Shown here: positions 63,737 to 64,000 of the stretch, one piece after another
Position numbering within the stretch: the stretch's first letter is position 1
Layout: the number at the start of each line of letters is the position of its first letter
Assembly (NCBI RefSeq): GCF_032191835.1
Contig: NC_083223.1
Coordinates: 248,620,001 to 248,684,000, forward strand
DNA: 64,000 bases
Origin: Heteronotia binoei
Taxonomy: Eukaryota
Direction of reading: 5' to 3'
Made by a program: the position numbers and the translations under genes
The notes under the pieces: generated by a model
What the model was told of the DNA's origin: nothing
Databases searched by the model: none
The model's input: the letters and a program-made list of their open reading frames with translations, nothing else

Positions 63737-64000
63737 CATCTTCTTCGGTGGGCTCCCATTCAAGTATTGACCATGGCTGATCCTGTGTAGTTTAGCTTTC
63801 AAGTTCTTTTGAGCTCAGACTGGGGACTGGGCTGAGCTATTAGGCTGCTACTGGGTGCTTTCCTAGACATCCCTAATATGCCATTTGCTTCCTCAAGCAT
63901 TGTCATCAAACACAGAGTTGATGACTCCATTTAACTGTGACTCCAAGAACTCTCTTCTCTGCAACATTGACAAATGAATTTATTTAGCACTGGTTCAAGG

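Overview
Vertebrate genomic DNA, almost certainly squamate and probably gecko, judged from the repeats: Sauria, Squam2-like and Squam3-like SINEs, 5S-derived SINEs, CR1, L2, BovB-type RTE and many hAT MITEs. Three host genes can be reconstructed with in-phase splice sites. They are a CCDC121/CCDC166-family (DUF4515) coiled-coil gene (+, 10081-11022), ZNF512 (-, 14 coding exons, 565 aa, 19548-29703) and GPN1 (+, 14 coding exons, 368 aa, 29953-46572, with one U12-type intron). ZNF512 and GPN1 sit head-to-head, with 249 bp between their ATGs. The most striking object is a 1233-bp non-autonomous hAT element (57439-58671, TIRs plus a perfect 8-bp TSD) inserted in a young L2. It carries the 5' leader and about 75 N-terminal codons of Smoothened (SMO) exon 1, i.e. 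a Pack-TIR-like gene capture. A second hAT MITE (14206-14530) carries a CpG-rich promoter-like cassette and a splice donor. An unidentified CpG-rich promoter/first exon lies near 62 kb. Family names and comparisons to human proteins are from recall, not database searches.
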